From Acidobacteriota bacterium (GTDB taxonomy: Bacteria; Acidobacteriota; UBA6911; RPQK01; JADFOI01): a stretch of 64,000 nt of DNA. A program made the position numbers and the translations under genes. The notes below the pieces were generated by a model. The model was given only the letters and a program-made list of their open reading frames with translations. It did not search any database and was not told the origin of the DNA. Positions 31,979-42,718 of this stretch are shown here, one piece after another. Numbering within the stretch: position 1 is the first letter of the stretch; each line of letters opens with the position of its first letter. The stretch is taken from NCBI GenBank assembly GCA_963663035.1, contig OY760074.1, positions 1,440,001 through 1,504,000 of the forward strand. The letters are read 5' to 3'.

Positions 31979-33393
31979 CCCCTTCTCCCTCGTATCCTTC
32001 CCTTTTTCAGGAATCCTTCATAGTGGCGCATAATCAACTGCGACTCGACCTGCTGAACAGTATCCATCGCGACACCGACCACGATGAGCAGTGAAGTGCC
32101 ACCAAAGTAAAAGGTCACACCCAGACCTGTGGTGATGTATCCCAAGCCATATTGGACCAAGAAGTTGTCAATCGATGGCCCAATAAAAGGGATCGGCTGA
32201 ACCTTGAAGCCGGTAATGAGGAACTCCGGTAAAAGACAAACCAAAACCAGATAAATGGCACCTGCCGCTGTCAGGCGGCTCAGTGCTCGATCAATGAATT
32301 CGGCGGTGCGCTTCCCAGGACGGATTCCGGGTATGTATCCCCCGTACTTCCTAATGTTGTCGGCGACTTCATCGGGGTTGAAGATAATACTGACATAGAA
32401 GAAGCAGAAGAAGATGATTCCCGTGATGTAAAGGAGGTTGTAAAGAGGATAACCCTGCTGGAGCTGGGTGGACATCCCTTGCATCCACGGTGTCTCAAAG
32501 ACCAGACCCAGAGTGGATGGAAAGGCCACAATAGAAGCCGCAAAGATCACCGGGATCACACCTCCCGAATTGACCTTCAAGGGAAGATGAGTAGCCTGCC
32601 CCCCGTACATTTTTCGTCCCACCACTTTCTTGGCATACTGGATCGGAATCCTCCGCTGGCCCCGTTCAACAAAAACCACGGCGGCCGTCACCCCAACCAT
32701 CAAAATCAATAGAAAAAGGATGCTAAAGATACTGCGCTCACCCGTCCCAATGGGCGGAGGCAAGCCCTGCCCCAGGGAGATCACGGCCGGGACCAGGCCC
32801 ACTACGATGCCAGCGAAAATAATCAGCGAAATTCCATTTCCAATGCCGCGCTCGGATATCTGCTCCCCGATCCACATGACAAAAGCGGTTCCCGTGGTTA
32901 AGGTCAGCATGGTCATGAGGATAAAGCCCCATCCGGGATTGGGGACGATGGGAGGATCGGCAGCCGTCCGCTGCAGGGCCAGTGATGTGGCGAAGCTCTG
33001 AAACAAGGCCAGGGCAACGGTCAGATAGCGCGTGTACTGGGTGATTTTCTTTCGACCCAGCTGCCCTTCCTTGGACAAGCGCTCCAGATAGGGCCACACC
33101 ACGGTCAACAGCTGCAGGATAATGGAGGCCGTGATGTAGGGCATAATGCCCAGAGCAAAGATCGACAGACGGCTCAAGTTCCCGCCAGAAAAGATGTCCA
33201 GAAAGCCGAAGATGGTGCCTGCCTGCTGTTCAAACAGCTGCTGGAGCGCCAGCGTGTCAACCCCGGGAGTGGGAATCCAGCTCCCCATGCGATATACGGC
33301 AAGCAGCCCCAACATGAACAGGAGGCGCGTACGCAGGTCAGGGATATTAATGACGTTCCGGAGACTACTTAGCAACGGGCCCATATTTGCCAT
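31975..33393 (-). CDS. secY: Preprotein translocase SecY
   Basis: SIFALGIMPYITASII, GIGNGISL, IPGIRPG, GGTSLLIVVGV. Confidence 0.98.
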   Translation of the reverse strand: MANMGPLLSSLRNVINIPDLRTRLLFMLGLLAVYRMGSWIPTPGVDTLALQQLFEQQAGTIFGFLDIFSGGNLSRLSIFALGIMPYITASIILQLLTVVWPYLERLSKEGQLGRKKITQYTRYLTVALALFQSFATSLALQRTAADPPIVPNPGWGFILMTMLTLTTGTAFVMWIGEQISERGIGNGISLIIFAGIVVGLVPAVISLGQGLPPPIGTGERSIFSILFLLILMVGVTAAVVFVERGQRRIPIQYAKKVVGRKMYGGQATHLPLKVNSGGVIPVIFAASIVAFPSTLGLVFETPWMQGMSTQLQQGYPLYNLLYITGIIFFCFFYVSIIFNPDEVADNIRKYGGYIPGIRPGKRTAEFIDRALSRLTAAGAIYLVLVCLLPEFLITGFKVQPIPFIGPSIDNFLVQYGLGYITTGLGVTFYFGGTSLLIVVGVAMDTVQQVESQLIMRHYEGFLKKGRIRGRRG

Positions 33394-33842
33394 TAACCGA
33401 GCACCTTTACAGTGCCACCCGCCTCTTCGATCTTCTTTCGGGCCGAGTTACTGAAATGATGTGCGTGAACGGTGAGCTTCTTCTCCAGTTTCCCTTCACC
33501 TAAGATGCGCAGACCATCCTCTATTTTTTTGAGGATCCCCTTCTCCAGGAGAAGCTCAGGTGTCACCGTGGTTCCTTCATCGAAACGGTTTAAGGTCTTG
33601 ACATTGAGGATGGCATATTTCCCGGAAAAAATATTGTGAAAGCCCCGCTTTGGGAGTCGCCGGTACAGAGGCATCTGGCCCCCTTCGAAGCCGGCTCGCT
33701 GGGAGTAACCGGAACGGGACTTCTGACCCTTGTCGCCCCGACCTGAGGTCTGGCCATGACCAGATCCCGGACCCCGTCCCACACGCTTGCGCTTTCTATT
33801 GGCTCCCCGGGCGGGAGTTAACCGATGCAACTCGATGCTCAC
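33393..33842 (-). CDS. rplO: 50S ribosomal protein L15
   Basis: [27 protein letters not shown]. Confidence 0.98.
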   Translation of the reverse strand: MSIELHRLTPARGANRKRKRVGRGPGSGHGQTSGRGDKGQKSRSGYSQRAGFEGGQMPLYRRLPKRGFHNIFSGKYAILNVKTLNRFDEGTTVTPELLLEKGILKKIEDGLRILGEGKLEKKLTVHAHHFSNSARKKIEEAGGTVKVLG

Positions 33843-34036
33843 TTCTCTTCCCCCTCAATAATCTGGATCAGGTGAGGAATCTTGGCGACAATGCCTCGCG
33901 TGGCCGGGTTGTCCGGACGCTCAACCACCTGGTTGAGTTTTTTGAGCCCCAGGCTCCGAAGGATTCTTCTTTGACTCTCCGGACAGCCGATTCTGCTGCG
34001 GAAATATTGGATTCGAATGGTCTTGCCTTTGGCCAT
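33839..34036 (-). CDS. rpmD: 50S ribosomal protein L30
   Basis: RSRIG...SLGLKK; operon position. Confidence 0.95.
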   Translation of the reverse strand: MAKGKTIRIQYFRSRIGCPESQRRILRSLGLKKLNQVVERPDNPATRGIVAKIPHLIQIIEGEEK

Positions 34037-34530
34037 TACAAATCCTCAATCGCAATTCCACGAGTTTTGGCCACCTGAGCTGGACTGCGCAGCTGGAGCA
34101 ACCCTTGGAACGTTGCCTTGACGATGTTGCTGGGATTGGCTGAACCCAGCGATTTGGTCACCACGTCCTTGATCCCGGCCTTCTCCATGACGGCGCGAAC
34201 TGCACCGCCAGCGATCACACCTGTTCCTTCCTGGGCTGGTTTGAGCATCACGAGTCCTGCACCAAAGGTTCCCATTACCGCGTGGGGAATGGTGGAGCCA
34301 CTCATTGGAATTTCGACCAGGGTTCTCTTGGCCTTGTCGATTCCTTTGCGAATCGCTGCCGGGACCTCCTTTGCCTTACCCATGCCATATCCCACACGTC
34401 CCTGCTGATCACCCACAACCACCAGGGCACTGAAGCTCAGATTCTTTCCACCCTTGACGACCTTGGTCACTCGATTGATCGATATGACTTGATCTGTAAC
34501 TTCTCCTCTTGCTTTCTCTTTTTCAACCAT
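34036..34530 (-). CDS. rpsE: 30S ribosomal protein S5
   Basis: [21 protein letters not shown]. Confidence 0.98.
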   Translation of the reverse strand: MVEKEKARGEVTDQVISINRVTKVVKGGKNLSFSALVVVGDQQGRVGYGMGKAKEVPAAIRKGIDKAKRTLVEIPMSGSTIPHAVMGTFGAGLVMLKPAQEGTGVIAGGAVRAVMEKAGIKDVVTKSLGSANPSNIVKATFQGLLQLRSPAQVAKTRGIAIEDL

Positions 34531-34539
34531 GAATTCTTC

Positions 34540-34905
34540 CTAGAACTGCAGACCGGCTTCCCGGGCGGCTTCCGCCAAGGCCTTCACGCGGCCGTGATAG
34601 AGATATCCACTGCGATCAAAAACCACCTTCTTGACCCCGCTCTCGAGCGCCTTCTGGGCAATGGCTTGACCCGCTTTCTTGGCTGCCTCCATATTGTTGC
34701 TATTTTTGAGCTTCTTACCGTCTATCTTCAACGTCGACACCCCGGCGATGACTTTTCCCTGATCATCAGCAACCAACTGCGCATACATGTGCCTGAGACT
34801 CCGAAAGACACACAGTCTGGGATGCTCCTCTGTTCCCCTGAGCTTGCTTCGAATCTTCTTGCGAACCTTCAGTCTTCTCACTCTTCTGGTTAACTGCTTG
34901 CCCAT
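34540..34905 (-). CDS. rplR: 50S ribosomal protein L18
   Basis: [30 protein letters not shown]. Confidence 0.98.
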   Translation of the reverse strand: MGKQLTRRVRRLKVRKKIRSKLRGTEEHPRLCVFRSLRHMYAQLVADDQGKVIAGVSTLKIDGKKLKNSNNMEAAKKAGQAIAQKALESGVKKVVFDRSGYLYHGRVKALAEAAREAGLQF

Positions 34906-35465
34906 CAAACCCCTTTCTTGCCGACCTTCAACCTGACCAGTTCGTCGGCATAACGGAGACCCTTTCCCTTATAGGGATCGGGGCGACGCAGCAATCGAAT
35001 TTCAGCGGCAACCTGCCCAACACGTTGTTTGTCCCTTCCGCTCACCACGATGGAGGCAACATAGTTCGAAATGGGTTTCTTGCTCCGCTGAACCTGGATT
35101 TCGATTCCCTCTGAGATGGGGAACTCGATGGTGTGGGCAAATCCCAGACTGAGGTTGAGAGCCTTGCCCTTGACCTCGGCTCGATATCCAATCCCTACAA
35201 GATCCAATTCCTTCGAAAACCCTTTGGTGACTCCCAAAACTGCATTGGCCAACAGGGAACGAGTCAATCCGTGCAGAGCCCTCGCCTGTTTTGTTTCACT
35301 GTCTCGATGGGCCACCAGTTGACCATCCGTCAACTCAACCCTGATCGAGGATGGCACAGAAGTCTTCAGGATTCCCAAAGGTCCCTCGACCCGGACATGC
35401 TCCTTCTCTATGTTGACTTTGACAGTCGACGGAATCTCAATTTCTTGTTTTCCAACACGCGACAT
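34905..35465 (-). CDS. rplF: 50S ribosomal protein L6
   Basis: [14 protein letters not shown]. Confidence 0.98.
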   Translation of the reverse strand: MSRVGKQEIEIPSTVKVNIEKEHVRVEGPLGILKTSVPSSIRVELTDGQLVAHRDSETKQARALHGLTRSLLANAVLGVTKGFSKELDLVGIGYRAEVKGKALNLSLGFAHTIEFPISEGIEIQVQRSKKPISNYVASIVVSGRDKQRVGQVAAEIRLLRRPDPYKGKGLRYADELVRLKVGKKGV

Positions 35466-35479
35466 AAGTCTCTCTCTTA

Positions 35480-35752
35480 GTGCCTCGTTTCACAAATACG
35501 GTAACGTTTGTGTCGAGCGCGACGGCGTCGAGTTCGCGAAGCGACGACGACGCGATGTCTGTGCGCATCGCGGAGGAGGAGGGACAAAGGAATCGATGCC
35601 GTCCCGCCGCCACCCTTTGGGCTAAAGGGGTTGCGGGCGATCTCTGTGTCCCTTTGTCGTCGCCGATGTCCCAGCATCGCCTCCTCCTCGCTCCTTAATC
35701 TCGCCTCGCAAGCCCTTTCAGCAAACGTCATCGTATTTGTGAAGCGAGGCAC
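35480..35752. mobile_element. MITE-like 273-bp element inserted at the rpsH stop codon
   Basis: 31-bp TIRs with 3 mismatches (gtgcctcgtttcacaaatacggtaacgtttg / caaacgtcatcgtatttgtgaagcgaggcac); TTA duplicated at 35477-35479 and 35753-35755. Confidence 0.85.
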
Positions 35753-36151
35753 TTAGTACACTTCACACAAGATTTCGCCGCCAACACCCTTTTCTCTGGC
35801 CTTCTTGCCCGTCAAAACACCGCTGGAGGTGGAAAGAATATTGATTCCCAGACCTCCCAATACCAGTGGGATGTCATCCTTCCTGGTGTAGACCCGCCGA
35901 CCCGGCTTGCTGACTCGCTTGAGACACCGGATGATGGGCTCTTGAGAGGCCTGGTATTTCAGGTGGACGGTCAAAGTAGCAAAAGGCTGTGTATGATTCA
36001 CTGAATGTCCAAAGATATAGCCTTCTTCCTCCAGGATCTTGACAATCTCTACCTTGGTATTGGAAAAGGGGAGTTCCACGGTCTCAAACCTGGCCATCTG
36101 GGCATTGCGAATGCGAGTCAAGAGATCGGCAATAGGATCCGTCATTGACAT
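35753..36151 (-). CDS. rpsH: 30S ribosomal protein S8
   Basis: TDPIADLLTRIRNA, SKPGRRVY, GGEILC. Confidence 0.98.
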   Translation of the reverse strand: MSMTDPIADLLTRIRNAQMARFETVELPFSNTKVEIVKILEEEGYIFGHSVNHTQPFATLTVHLKYQASQEPIIRCLKRVSKPGRRVYTRKDDIPLVLGGLGINILSTSSGVLTGKKAREKGVGGEILCEVY

Positions 36152-36169
36152 TGTTCTAGCACTCCTTTA

Positions 36170-36355
36170 CTACCAACTGGCCTTGGTGACCCCGGGGATC
36201 TCGCCTTGCAGGGCCAGTTGTCGAAAACAGATTCTGCACAGTTCAAATTTCCGTAAGTAACCTCGAGATCTTCCGCATCGCTGGCATCGCGAGTAGCCGC
36301 GAGTTGAGAACTTGGGGCGCCTCTTTTGCTTGGCGATCAGTGATTTTTTGGCCAT
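36170..36355 (-). CDS. rpsN: 30S ribosomal protein S14, Zn-binding short type
   Basis: RCQRCGR...LCRICFR, KASW. Confidence 0.97.
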   Translation of the reverse strand: MAKKSLIAKQKRRPKFSTRGYSRCQRCGRSRGYLRKFELCRICFRQLALQGEIPGVTKASW

Positions 36356-36364
36356 AAATTTCCT

Positions 36365-36931
36365 CTAGATCACAGCTGCCTGGGGTTCTTCAATCCGGGC
36401 AAAGGGCATTCCCATCTGAGCCAGCAGAAAGTGGGCCTCTTTATCCACCTTGGCACTCGTCACCAGCGTGATGTTCATTCCGTGTATCTGCTCGGTTTTT
36501 CCCATATCGAGTTCCGGGAAAATGAATTGATCCGTTATTCCCAGGGTGTAGTTGCCTCTCCCGTCAAAAGCACGAGCAGAAAGACCTCGGAAGTCACGGA
36601 CCCGAGGGAGGGCAATGCTGACCAGGCGATCAAGAAACTCATACATTCGCTCCCCTCGGATGGTCACCATGACCCCAATGGGCATCCCTTGACGGAGCTT
36701 AAACGTAGCAATGGCCTGTCGGGCCATCCGGATGATCGGCTTCTGGCCAGTGATGGCGGTCAGTTCTGCCGAAGCGGCATCCAGCAGCTTGGGCTCGCGA
36801 ATGGCGGCGCCCAGACCAACATTGATGACGACTTTCACCAGCCTGGGCACTTCCATGATGCTTTTGTAGTGAAACTCCTGCATCAAAGCAGGGACGATCT
36901 TTTCCTGGTATTTCTCCGCCAGTCGTGCCAT
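36365..36931 (-). CDS. rplE: 50S ribosomal protein L5
   Basis: [22 protein letters not shown]. Confidence 0.98.
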   Translation of the reverse strand: MARLAEKYQEKIVPALMQEFHYKSIMEVPRLVKVVINVGLGAAIREPKLLDAASAELTAITGQKPIIRMARQAIATFKLRQGMPIGVMVTIRGERMYEFLDRLVSIALPRVRDFRGLSARAFDGRGNYTLGITDQFIFPELDMGKTEQIHGMNITLVTSAKVDKEAHFLLAQMGMPFARIEEPQAAVI

Positions 36932-36949
36932 GGCTCTTTCTCTCTCTGC

Positions 36950-37270
36950 CTACTTGTCGATCGTGCCCTCGCACTTCTTACAGATTCGCACCTTCTGCCC
37001 ATCTGTCAGCAGCTTGTATCCGACTCTTGTCGGTTTGCTGCACTCCCGGCAAATCACCATCAGATTGGAAAGGCGCAGCGGGGATTCTCTCTCTACAACT
37101 CCCCCCTTAAGATTCTTTTGGGGATTGGGACGAGTATGCCTTTTAAGCATGTTAAGATTCTCAACCACAGCCCGCTCCCCACCCTTGGCAATGCGCAAGA
37201 CCTTTCCCCTCTTTCCACGGTCTTTCCCGGCCAGAACAACAACCTCATCATCTCTCTTGATATGTAACAT
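36950..37270 (-). CDS. rplX: 50S ribosomal protein L24
   Basis: [15 protein letters not shown] motif. Confidence 0.97.
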   Translation of the reverse strand: MLHIKRDDEVVVLAGKDRGKRGKVLRIAKGGERAVVENLNMLKRHTRPNPQKNLKGGVVERESPLRLSNLMVICRECSKPTRVGYKLLTDGQKVRICKKCEGTIDK

Positions 37271-37276
37271 ATTCGT

Positions 37277-37645
37277 TCACAGGACTTCGGGCGCCAGCGA
37301 CACGATTTTCAAGAAGCGCCGCTCGCGTAATTCCCGGGCTACCGGCCCAAAAACACGGGTTCCAATGGGCTCTTTTTGGGCGTCAATAAGGACTGCCGCG
37401 TTCTCGTCAAACTTGATGTAGGTCCCATCCCGGCGCCGAGCATTTCTGCGCATTCGCACGATGACGGCCTTGACCACCTCTCCCTTCTTGACTGCTCCAT
37501 CCGGACTGGCCTCTTTTACAGAAGCCGTGATCACATCTCCCAACCCGGCAACCCGTCCGGTGCCGCCACCCACTGGAAGAATGCAGGCCAACTTCCGAGC
37601 ACCTGAGTTGTCCGCTACCGCTAGCTTGGTCCGCATCTGGATCAT
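37277..37645 (-). CDS. rplN: 50S ribosomal protein L14
   Basis: [27 protein letters not shown]. Confidence 0.98.
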   Translation of the reverse strand: MIQMRTKLAVADNSGARKLACILPVGGGTGRVAGLGDVITASVKEASPDGAVKKGEVVKAVIVRMRRNARRRDGTYIKFDENAAVLIDAQKEPIGTRVFGPVARELRERRFLKIVSLAPEVL

Positions 37646-37649
37646 ATTG

Positions 37650-37910
37650 TCACCCTTTCGCCTTCTCGAGAATCTCCGCTACAACCCAGTGTTTCCGCTT
37701 ACTCAAGGGACGAGTTTCCTCAAGCTTGACCTTATCTCCCACCTGGCAGGCGTTCTCTTCATCATGAGCCATAAACTTTCGGGTGCGACGGATCGTCTTG
37801 CCATAAAAAGGATGGGCAAAGAGTCGGTCAACAGCCACCACCACGGACTTTTCCATTCCGTCCGAAACCACTCGCCCAACTTTGGTGCTCCTCGTCTTAG
37901 GGGAACTCAT
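37650..37910 (-). CDS. rpsQ: 30S ribosomal protein S17
   Basis: [17 protein letters not shown]. Confidence 0.97.
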   Translation of the reverse strand: MSSPKTRSTKVGRVVSDGMEKSVVVAVDRLFAHPFYGKTIRRTRKFMAHDEENACQVGDKVKLEETRPLSKRKHWVVAEILEKAKG

Positions 37911-38107
37911 CGAGTCAGCTCCTTTTCCTTTTCCGTCAATACTGTCTTGATTCGGGCCAGGTCCCTGCGAACCTGTCCTATCTTCATCACATTCTCCAGT
38001 TGCCCGGTCGCCTTCTGAAGCCGCAGGCGGAATAGCTGTTCTGAAGAGGCTGCCGCCTCAGTCTCCAGCTCTTCCTTGGACATTTCTCTTAATTTTTCAG
38101 CTTTCAT
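37907..38107 (-). CDS. rpmC: 50S ribosomal protein L29
   Basis: LFRLR...GQLEN...RRDLARIKT. Confidence 0.96.
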   Translation of the reverse strand: MKAEKLREMSKEELETEAAASSEQLFRLRLQKATGQLENVMKIGQVRRDLARIKTVLTEKEKELTR

Positions 38108-38520
38108 TTTGAACCGTACCGGCCCACCACCCTGGTTTTCAGTGACAGCTTCTGTGAGGCCAACCTCAGCGCCTCACGGGCAACCTCTTCAGTCAAACCG
38201 TCCACCTCGTAAAGAATCCTGCCGGGTCGAATCACCGCCACCCATCCTTCCGGAGCTCCTTTTCCTTTTCCCATCCGAGTTTCTGCAGGCTTCTTGGTAA
38301 AGGGCTTATCCGGGAAAATGCGGATCCACACCTTGCCACCTCGCTTTGCATAGCGAGTAATGGCAATTCGCGCAGCCTCAATTTGCCGATTCGAGATTCT
38401 TCCCGGTTCCAGAGCTTTCAGACCATACTCACCAAAAGCGACGGTGTATCCGCCACTGGCCTTACCCTTTGTACGACCCTTCTGCTGCTTTCGATACTTC
38501 ACCTTCTTGGGCATTAACAT
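38104..38520 (-). CDS. rplP: 50S ribosomal protein L16
   Basis: [18 protein letters not shown]. Confidence 0.98.
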   Translation of the reverse strand: MLMPKKVKYRKQQKGRTKGKASGGYTVAFGEYGLKALEPGRISNRQIEAARIAITRYAKRGGKVWIRIFPDKPFTKKPAETRMGKGKGAPEGWVAVIRPGRILYEVDGLTEEVAREALRLASQKLSLKTRVVGRYGSK

Positions 38521-38522
38521 GA

Positions 38523-39173
38523 TTAGGCCCCACTGGGTTGGTCTTGTTGCTCATAGATATCACCTTTATAGACCCAAACCTTTACGCCGATCACCCCGTA
38601 GCTGGTAAAAGCTTCAGCAAATCCATAATCGATATCCGCTCTGATCGTATGTAAGGCTAACCGGCCTTGCAGATACCACTCCGCACGGGAGATTTCCGCT
38701 CCATTGAGTCTTCCTGCACAGCGCACTTTGATGCCTTTGGCACCAAACCTCACACTCGTATCCACGGCCCGGCGCATCGCTCTTCGAAAGGCCACTCGCT
38801 TCACCAGCTGCTGGGCAATCGATTCGGCAACCAGCTGGGCTTCCAGCTCCGGCTTACGCACTTCCTGAATATTGATATACACTTCTCTTCCGGTGGTCAC
38901 CTGGAGATCACTCTTGAGCTTGTCAATCTCACTTCCCTTGCGACCAATAATGATCCCGGGGCGAGAAGTATGCACGATGACTGTCAACTTGTTGGCCGCT
39001 CGTTCGATCTCAATACGGGAGATCCCGGCGTGGAAAAAACGATGTTTCAGTTGGGCCTTGATCTTCAGGTCCTCGTGCAACAATTTCCCATAGTTTTTAG
39101 TGGCGAACCACCTGGACTTCCAGGTCAGGTGATGGCCAAGCCGAAATCCGTAAGGATGGACTTTTTGACCCAC
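38523..39173 (-). CDS. rpsC: 30S ribosomal protein S3
   Basis: [26 protein letters not shown]. Confidence 0.98.
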   Translation of the reverse strand: MGQKVHPYGFRLGHHLTWKSRWFATKNYGKLLHEDLKIKAQLKHRFFHAGISRIEIERAANKLTVIVHTSRPGIIIGRKGSEIDKLKSDLQVTTGREVYINIQEVRKPELEAQLVAESIAQQLVKRVAFRRAMRRAVDTSVRFGAKGIKVRCAGRLNGAEISRAEWYLQGRLALHTIRADIDYGFAEAFTSYGVIGVKVWVYKGDIYEQQDQPSGA

Positions 39174-39175
39174 GT

Positions 39176-39532
39176 TTACTCCTTTTCATCCTCTCCATCC
39201 GAAACTCGGATGGTGATGTGCTTTTGATGTCTTCGCTCTCGAAAGGCACGTCCCTGTGGAGCAGGCCGCATTCGCCATTTCCACTTGGTAGAGCCCAAAT
39301 TCACAAACGCCTCCTTCACGAAGAGTTCTTCCAGACTGACAGCCGCAGACTTCACCTCTGCATTGGCAATGGCCGAACGCAGGACCTTTTCAATCGCCTT
39401 GGCTGCACCTTTCGGAGAAAACTGCAGAATACCCAAGGCCTGCTCGACCTTCTTCCCTCGAATGAGATCGATGACCAATCGTGCCTTCTGTGAAGAACCT
39501 TTCACGTATTTTGCCGTGGCCGTCGCTTCCAT
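39176..39532 (-). CDS. rplV: 50S ribosomal protein L22
   Basis: [19 protein letters not shown]. Confidence 0.97.
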   Translation of the reverse strand: MEATATAKYVKGSSQKARLVIDLIRGKKVEQALGILQFSPKGAAKAIEKVLRSAIANAEVKSAAVSLEELFVKEAFVNLGSTKWKWRMRPAPQGRAFRERRHQKHITIRVSDGEDEKE

Positions 39533-39549
39533 GATTTCTCACGCCCTGG

Positions 39550-39834
39550 CTATCTCAACCGGGCAGCCTTCTCCCTTTTGCCGGTATGACCCCTAAAAGT
39601 TCTGGTCGGTGAAAACTCTCCCAGTTTATGCCCCACCATGTTTTCAGTAATAAAGATGGGGATAAACTTTCTTCCGTTGTGCACCGCAATGGTATGCCCG
39701 ACCATCTCCGGAATAATGGTCGACCTCCGGGACCAGCTTTTGATGACGATCCTCTCATTGGTTTCATTTAAGTGCTTGATCTTCTTGAGAAGATGATCGT
39801 CCAGAAACGGTCCCTTTTTTACTGATCTCGGCAT
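39550..39834 (-). CDS. rpsS: 30S ribosomal protein S19
   Basis: [17 protein letters not shown]. Confidence 0.98.
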   Translation of the reverse strand: MPRSVKKGPFLDDHLLKKIKHLNETNERIVIKSWSRRSTIIPEMVGHTIAVHNGRKFIPIFITENMVGHKLGEFSPTRTFRGHTGKREKAARLR

Positions 39835-39873
39835 CAAAATTCCCCTGTCAGTTGTCAGCTGTCAGCTGTTCTC

Positions 39874-40701
39874 TTACCTCTTCTTGCGTCTACGCACAAT
39901 AAACTGTTCCGTTCTCTTGTTGTTGCGGGTCCTGAAGCCCTTGGTTTTCCAGCCCCATGGTGAGCAGGGATGGCGTCCTCCCGATGCCTTGCCCTCACCT
40001 CCACCCATAGGATGGTCTACCGGGTTCATGGCAACACCCCGCACCGAGGGCCGTCGTCCACGCCAGCGATTTGCTCCCGCTTTTCCGAGGGTCACATTCT
40101 CATAATCCAGGTTTCCAATCTGGCCCACGCTAGCCCGGCACAGAATGTGTACCCTCCGAACTTCCCCAGAAGGCAGCTTGATCTGGACGTAGTTTCCCTC
40201 TTTCGCCACCAGCTGTGCTGATGCTCCGGCACAGCGCGCTAACTGCCCGCCTCTTCCCCGAGTCAATTCGATGTTGTGAATGATCGTCCCCAGCGGGATA
40301 CTAATCATGGGCAAATTGTTTCCGGGCACAATGTCGGAGTCGGGTCCAGACATCACCTGATCGCCCGGACTCAAGCCCAGGGGAGCCAGGATGTACCGTT
40401 TCTCCCCATCCACGTAGTGCAATCGAGCGATTCGAGCGCTCCGGTTGGGATCGTACTCGATGGCAACGATGGTGGCCGGGATTCCATCTTTATCCCGCTT
40501 GTAATCAATGAGTCGATACTTGCGTTTGTGACCTCCCCCGCGACGCCTGACCGCAATACTTCCATGGTCATTCCGACCACTGATTCTCTTTTTTCCACGA
40601 GTCAAACTCTTGAGGGGCTTGATATCAGTCAGGCCCTCCTGGTTTTGAACGGTCCGAAAGCGAGACCCCGGAGATGTGGGCTTGAAGCGCTTAATACCCA
40701 T
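39874..40701 (-). CDS. rplB: 50S ribosomal protein L2
   Basis: [20 protein letters not shown]. Confidence 0.98.
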   Translation of the reverse strand: MGIKRFKPTSPGSRFRTVQNQEGLTDIKPLKSLTRGKKRISGRNDHGSIAVRRRGGGHKRKYRLIDYKRDKDGIPATIVAIEYDPNRSARIARLHYVDGEKRYILAPLGLSPGDQVMSGPDSDIVPGNNLPMISIPLGTIIHNIELTRGRGGQLARCAGASAQLVAKEGNYVQIKLPSGEVRRVHILCRASVGQIGNLDYENVTLGKAGANRWRGRRPSVRGVAMNPVDHPMGGGEGKASGGRHPCSPWGWKTKGFRTRNNKRTEQFIVRRRKKR

Positions 40702-40706
40702 AGATC

Positions 40707-41009
40707 TTACACACCTTCAAAAAACTCAATAGACTTTTGGCCCGGTTTCAAGGTGACATAGGCCTTCTTCCAACCCGGTCGTCGACCTGAAGTTTGTCCC
40801 TGTCTCTTTATTTTTCCCAGAAAATTGGCCGTCCTCACCTTCTCCACCTTAACCTCAAAGATCTGCTCAACCGCCTCTTTGATGCGTTGCTTGTTAGCAC
40901 TTTTGCGCACCTGAAAGGCAATGACCCGGCCATCGCTCTGTTCTTTTCTGAGTGTGCTTTTCTCCGTTACGTGCGGATAACGCAGAATGTCGAAAGGTCC
41001 TTCCGTCAT
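40707..41009 (-). CDS. rplW: 50S ribosomal protein L23
   Basis: [12 protein letters not shown]. Confidence 0.97.
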   Translation of the reverse strand: MTEGPFDILRYPHVTEKSTLRKEQSDGRVIAFQVRKSANKQRIKEAVEQIFEVKVEKVRTANFLGKIKRQGQTSGRRPGWKKAYVTLKPGQKSIEFFEGV

Positions 41010-41644
41010 CTCTGCAGCACCTCCTGAAGTGCCAAGATGGCACGTTTGGTGACCAGAAAGTGTCGGCAGTTCAAGAGATCATAAACGTTCAATCCCCCCG
41101 TAGCCACCAACTTCATCCCAGGCACATTTCGAGAGCTCAAGTAGAGATTCCGATTCTCGCGATCATCCATCAGCAACACTTTCTTATCCAGCTTAAAGTT
41201 CTCCAGGATGCCTAAGAAGTCCTTGGTTCGATGAGACTCTAAAGAGAAATCTTCCAGGACCGTTAGACTCTCGCTTCTCAATTTATCGCTGAGCACGAGT
41301 TTCATGGCACCGCGTCGTTTCTTCTTGGGAAAAGCCTGTGTGTAATCGCGGGGAGTCGGCCCATGAGTTATCCCCCCTGCCCTCCAAAGAGGGCTGCGGA
41401 TCGTTCCTGCTCGAGCCCGGCCTGTCCCTTTTTGTCTCCAGGGCTTTCTTCCCCCGCCCCGCACCTGTCCACGCCCCTTGGTGGCATGAGTCCCTTTGCG
41501 CTGGGCTGCCAGATAGGCTCTCACCGCTTCCCAGACAAGCGTCTCACTGGCGCTATAGTCGAATACCTGATCGGCTAGCTCCAACTTTTCGACCACCTTG
41601 TTTTCCAGATTCTTCACTTCAACTTCGGCCATACTCTTTGCCAC
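41006..41644 (-). CDS. rplD: 50S ribosomal protein L4
   Basis: KPWRQKGTGRARAG. Confidence 0.98.
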   Translation of the reverse strand: MAKSMAEVEVKNLENKVVEKLELADQVFDYSASETLVWEAVRAYLAAQRKGTHATKGRGQVRGGGRKPWRQKGTGRARAGTIRSPLWRAGGITHGPTPRDYTQAFPKKKRRGAMKLVLSDKLRSESLTVLEDFSLESHRTKDFLGILENFKLDKKVLLMDDRENRNLYLSSRNVPGMKLVATGGLNVYDLLNCRHFLVTKRAILALQEVLQR

Positions 41645-42310
41645 TTATTCAGCAGATCCGGTTTCTTTTGACGGTCCTTCCAGGGAAGGAGTGATAGACA
41701 CATAGCCGCCACGGCTACCGGGAATTGCTCCTTTGACCAACAACAGATGATCTTCTTCCCAAATTTCAACCACTTTCAAATTGCGGACCGTGCAACGCTT
41801 GTTCCCCATCCTCCCGGGCATTTTCATGCCCGGCATAACCCGGCTGGGATAAGCACTGGCGCCGATGGATCCGGGCGCCCGGTGAAACATGGAACCATGG
41901 GTAGCCTTCCCCCCGTGGTGCCCGTGGCGTTTCATCACGCCTTGAAATCCGCGCCCAATGGTTTGGCCCATGACATCCACCACGTCATTCGCTTGAAAGA
42001 GGTTTTGAACCAGGACCTGATCACCGACGTTGACCTGGTCCTCTTTGCTCTCAGTAAAGGAGAACTCTTTCAAAAGGCGCGTCGGGGGGACGCCGGCCTT
42101 CTTGAAGTGGCCCTCCAACGGCTTGGTGATGTGTCGTTTCTTGCGCTCTACCAAACCTAGCTGAACTGAGTCGTAGCCCTCCTTCTCCAAGGTCTTCTTT
42201 TGTACTACGATGCAGGGTCCGGCCTGAATCACAGTCACAGGAATGGCGTTGCCGTCTTCGTCAAAGATCTGCGTCATTCCCAGCTTTTTCCCGAGTAGGC
42301 CTTCCACCAT
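41645..42310 (-). CDS. rplC: 50S ribosomal protein L3
   Basis: [24 protein letters not shown]. Confidence 0.98.
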   Translation of the reverse strand: MVEGLLGKKLGMTQIFDEDGNAIPVTVIQAGPCIVVQKKTLEKEGYDSVQLGLVERKKRHITKPLEGHFKKAGVPPTRLLKEFSFTESKEDQVNVGDQVLVQNLFQANDVVDVMGQTIGRGFQGVMKRHGHHGGKATHGSMFHRAPGSIGASAYPSRVMPGMKMPGRMGNKRCTVRNLKVVEIWEEDHLLLVKGAIPGSRGGYVSITPSLEGPSKETGSAE

Positions 42311-42313
42311 GGC

Positions 42314-42640
42314 TTATTCCTTTTCCGTTCCGAAAGCTTTAATCTCCACATCGATGGCTGCCGGGAGATCCAACTTCATCAGTGCATCCACTGTTTGAGG
42401 AGTCGGCTCTAGAATGTCCACCAGTCGTTTATGCGTCCGAATCTCGAATTGCTCTCGTGACTTCTTGTCCACATGAGGCGAGCGCAGGACAGTATATCGG
42501 CTGATGGTTGTGGGCAAGGGCACGGGTCCGGAGACGCGTGCGCCCGTCCGCTTGGCGATTGCCACGATCTCAGTGGCCGATCGATCCAACACTCGATGAT
42601 CGTATGCTTTCAATCGAATTCTTATTTTCTCGTCAAGCAT
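42314..42640 (-). CDS. rpsJ: 30S ribosomal protein S10
   Basis: [23 protein letters not shown]. Confidence 0.98.
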   Translation of the reverse strand: MLDEKIRIRLKAYDHRVLDRSATEIVAIAKRTGARVSGPVPLPTTISRYTVLRSPHVDKKSREQFEIRTHKRLVDILEPTPQTVDALMKLDLPAAIDVEIKAFGTEKE

Positions 42641-42718
42641 GGGTCTTCAGGATCCTAGGATTTACAATCCCCTTCTATAGATTCTGGATTCTCTCTCCTG
42701 CCTCCTGACTCCTACCTC

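Noticed and set aside
35477-35756. Two opposite-strand ORFs both starting MPRFTNT as real proteins
   Set aside because: The shared N-terminus is a by-product of the TIRs; low-complexity products with no recognisable domain.
36431-37267. Long antisense ORFs over ribosomal, tuf, fusA and transposase genes
   Set aside because: Shadow frames of conserved genes, with no motifs.
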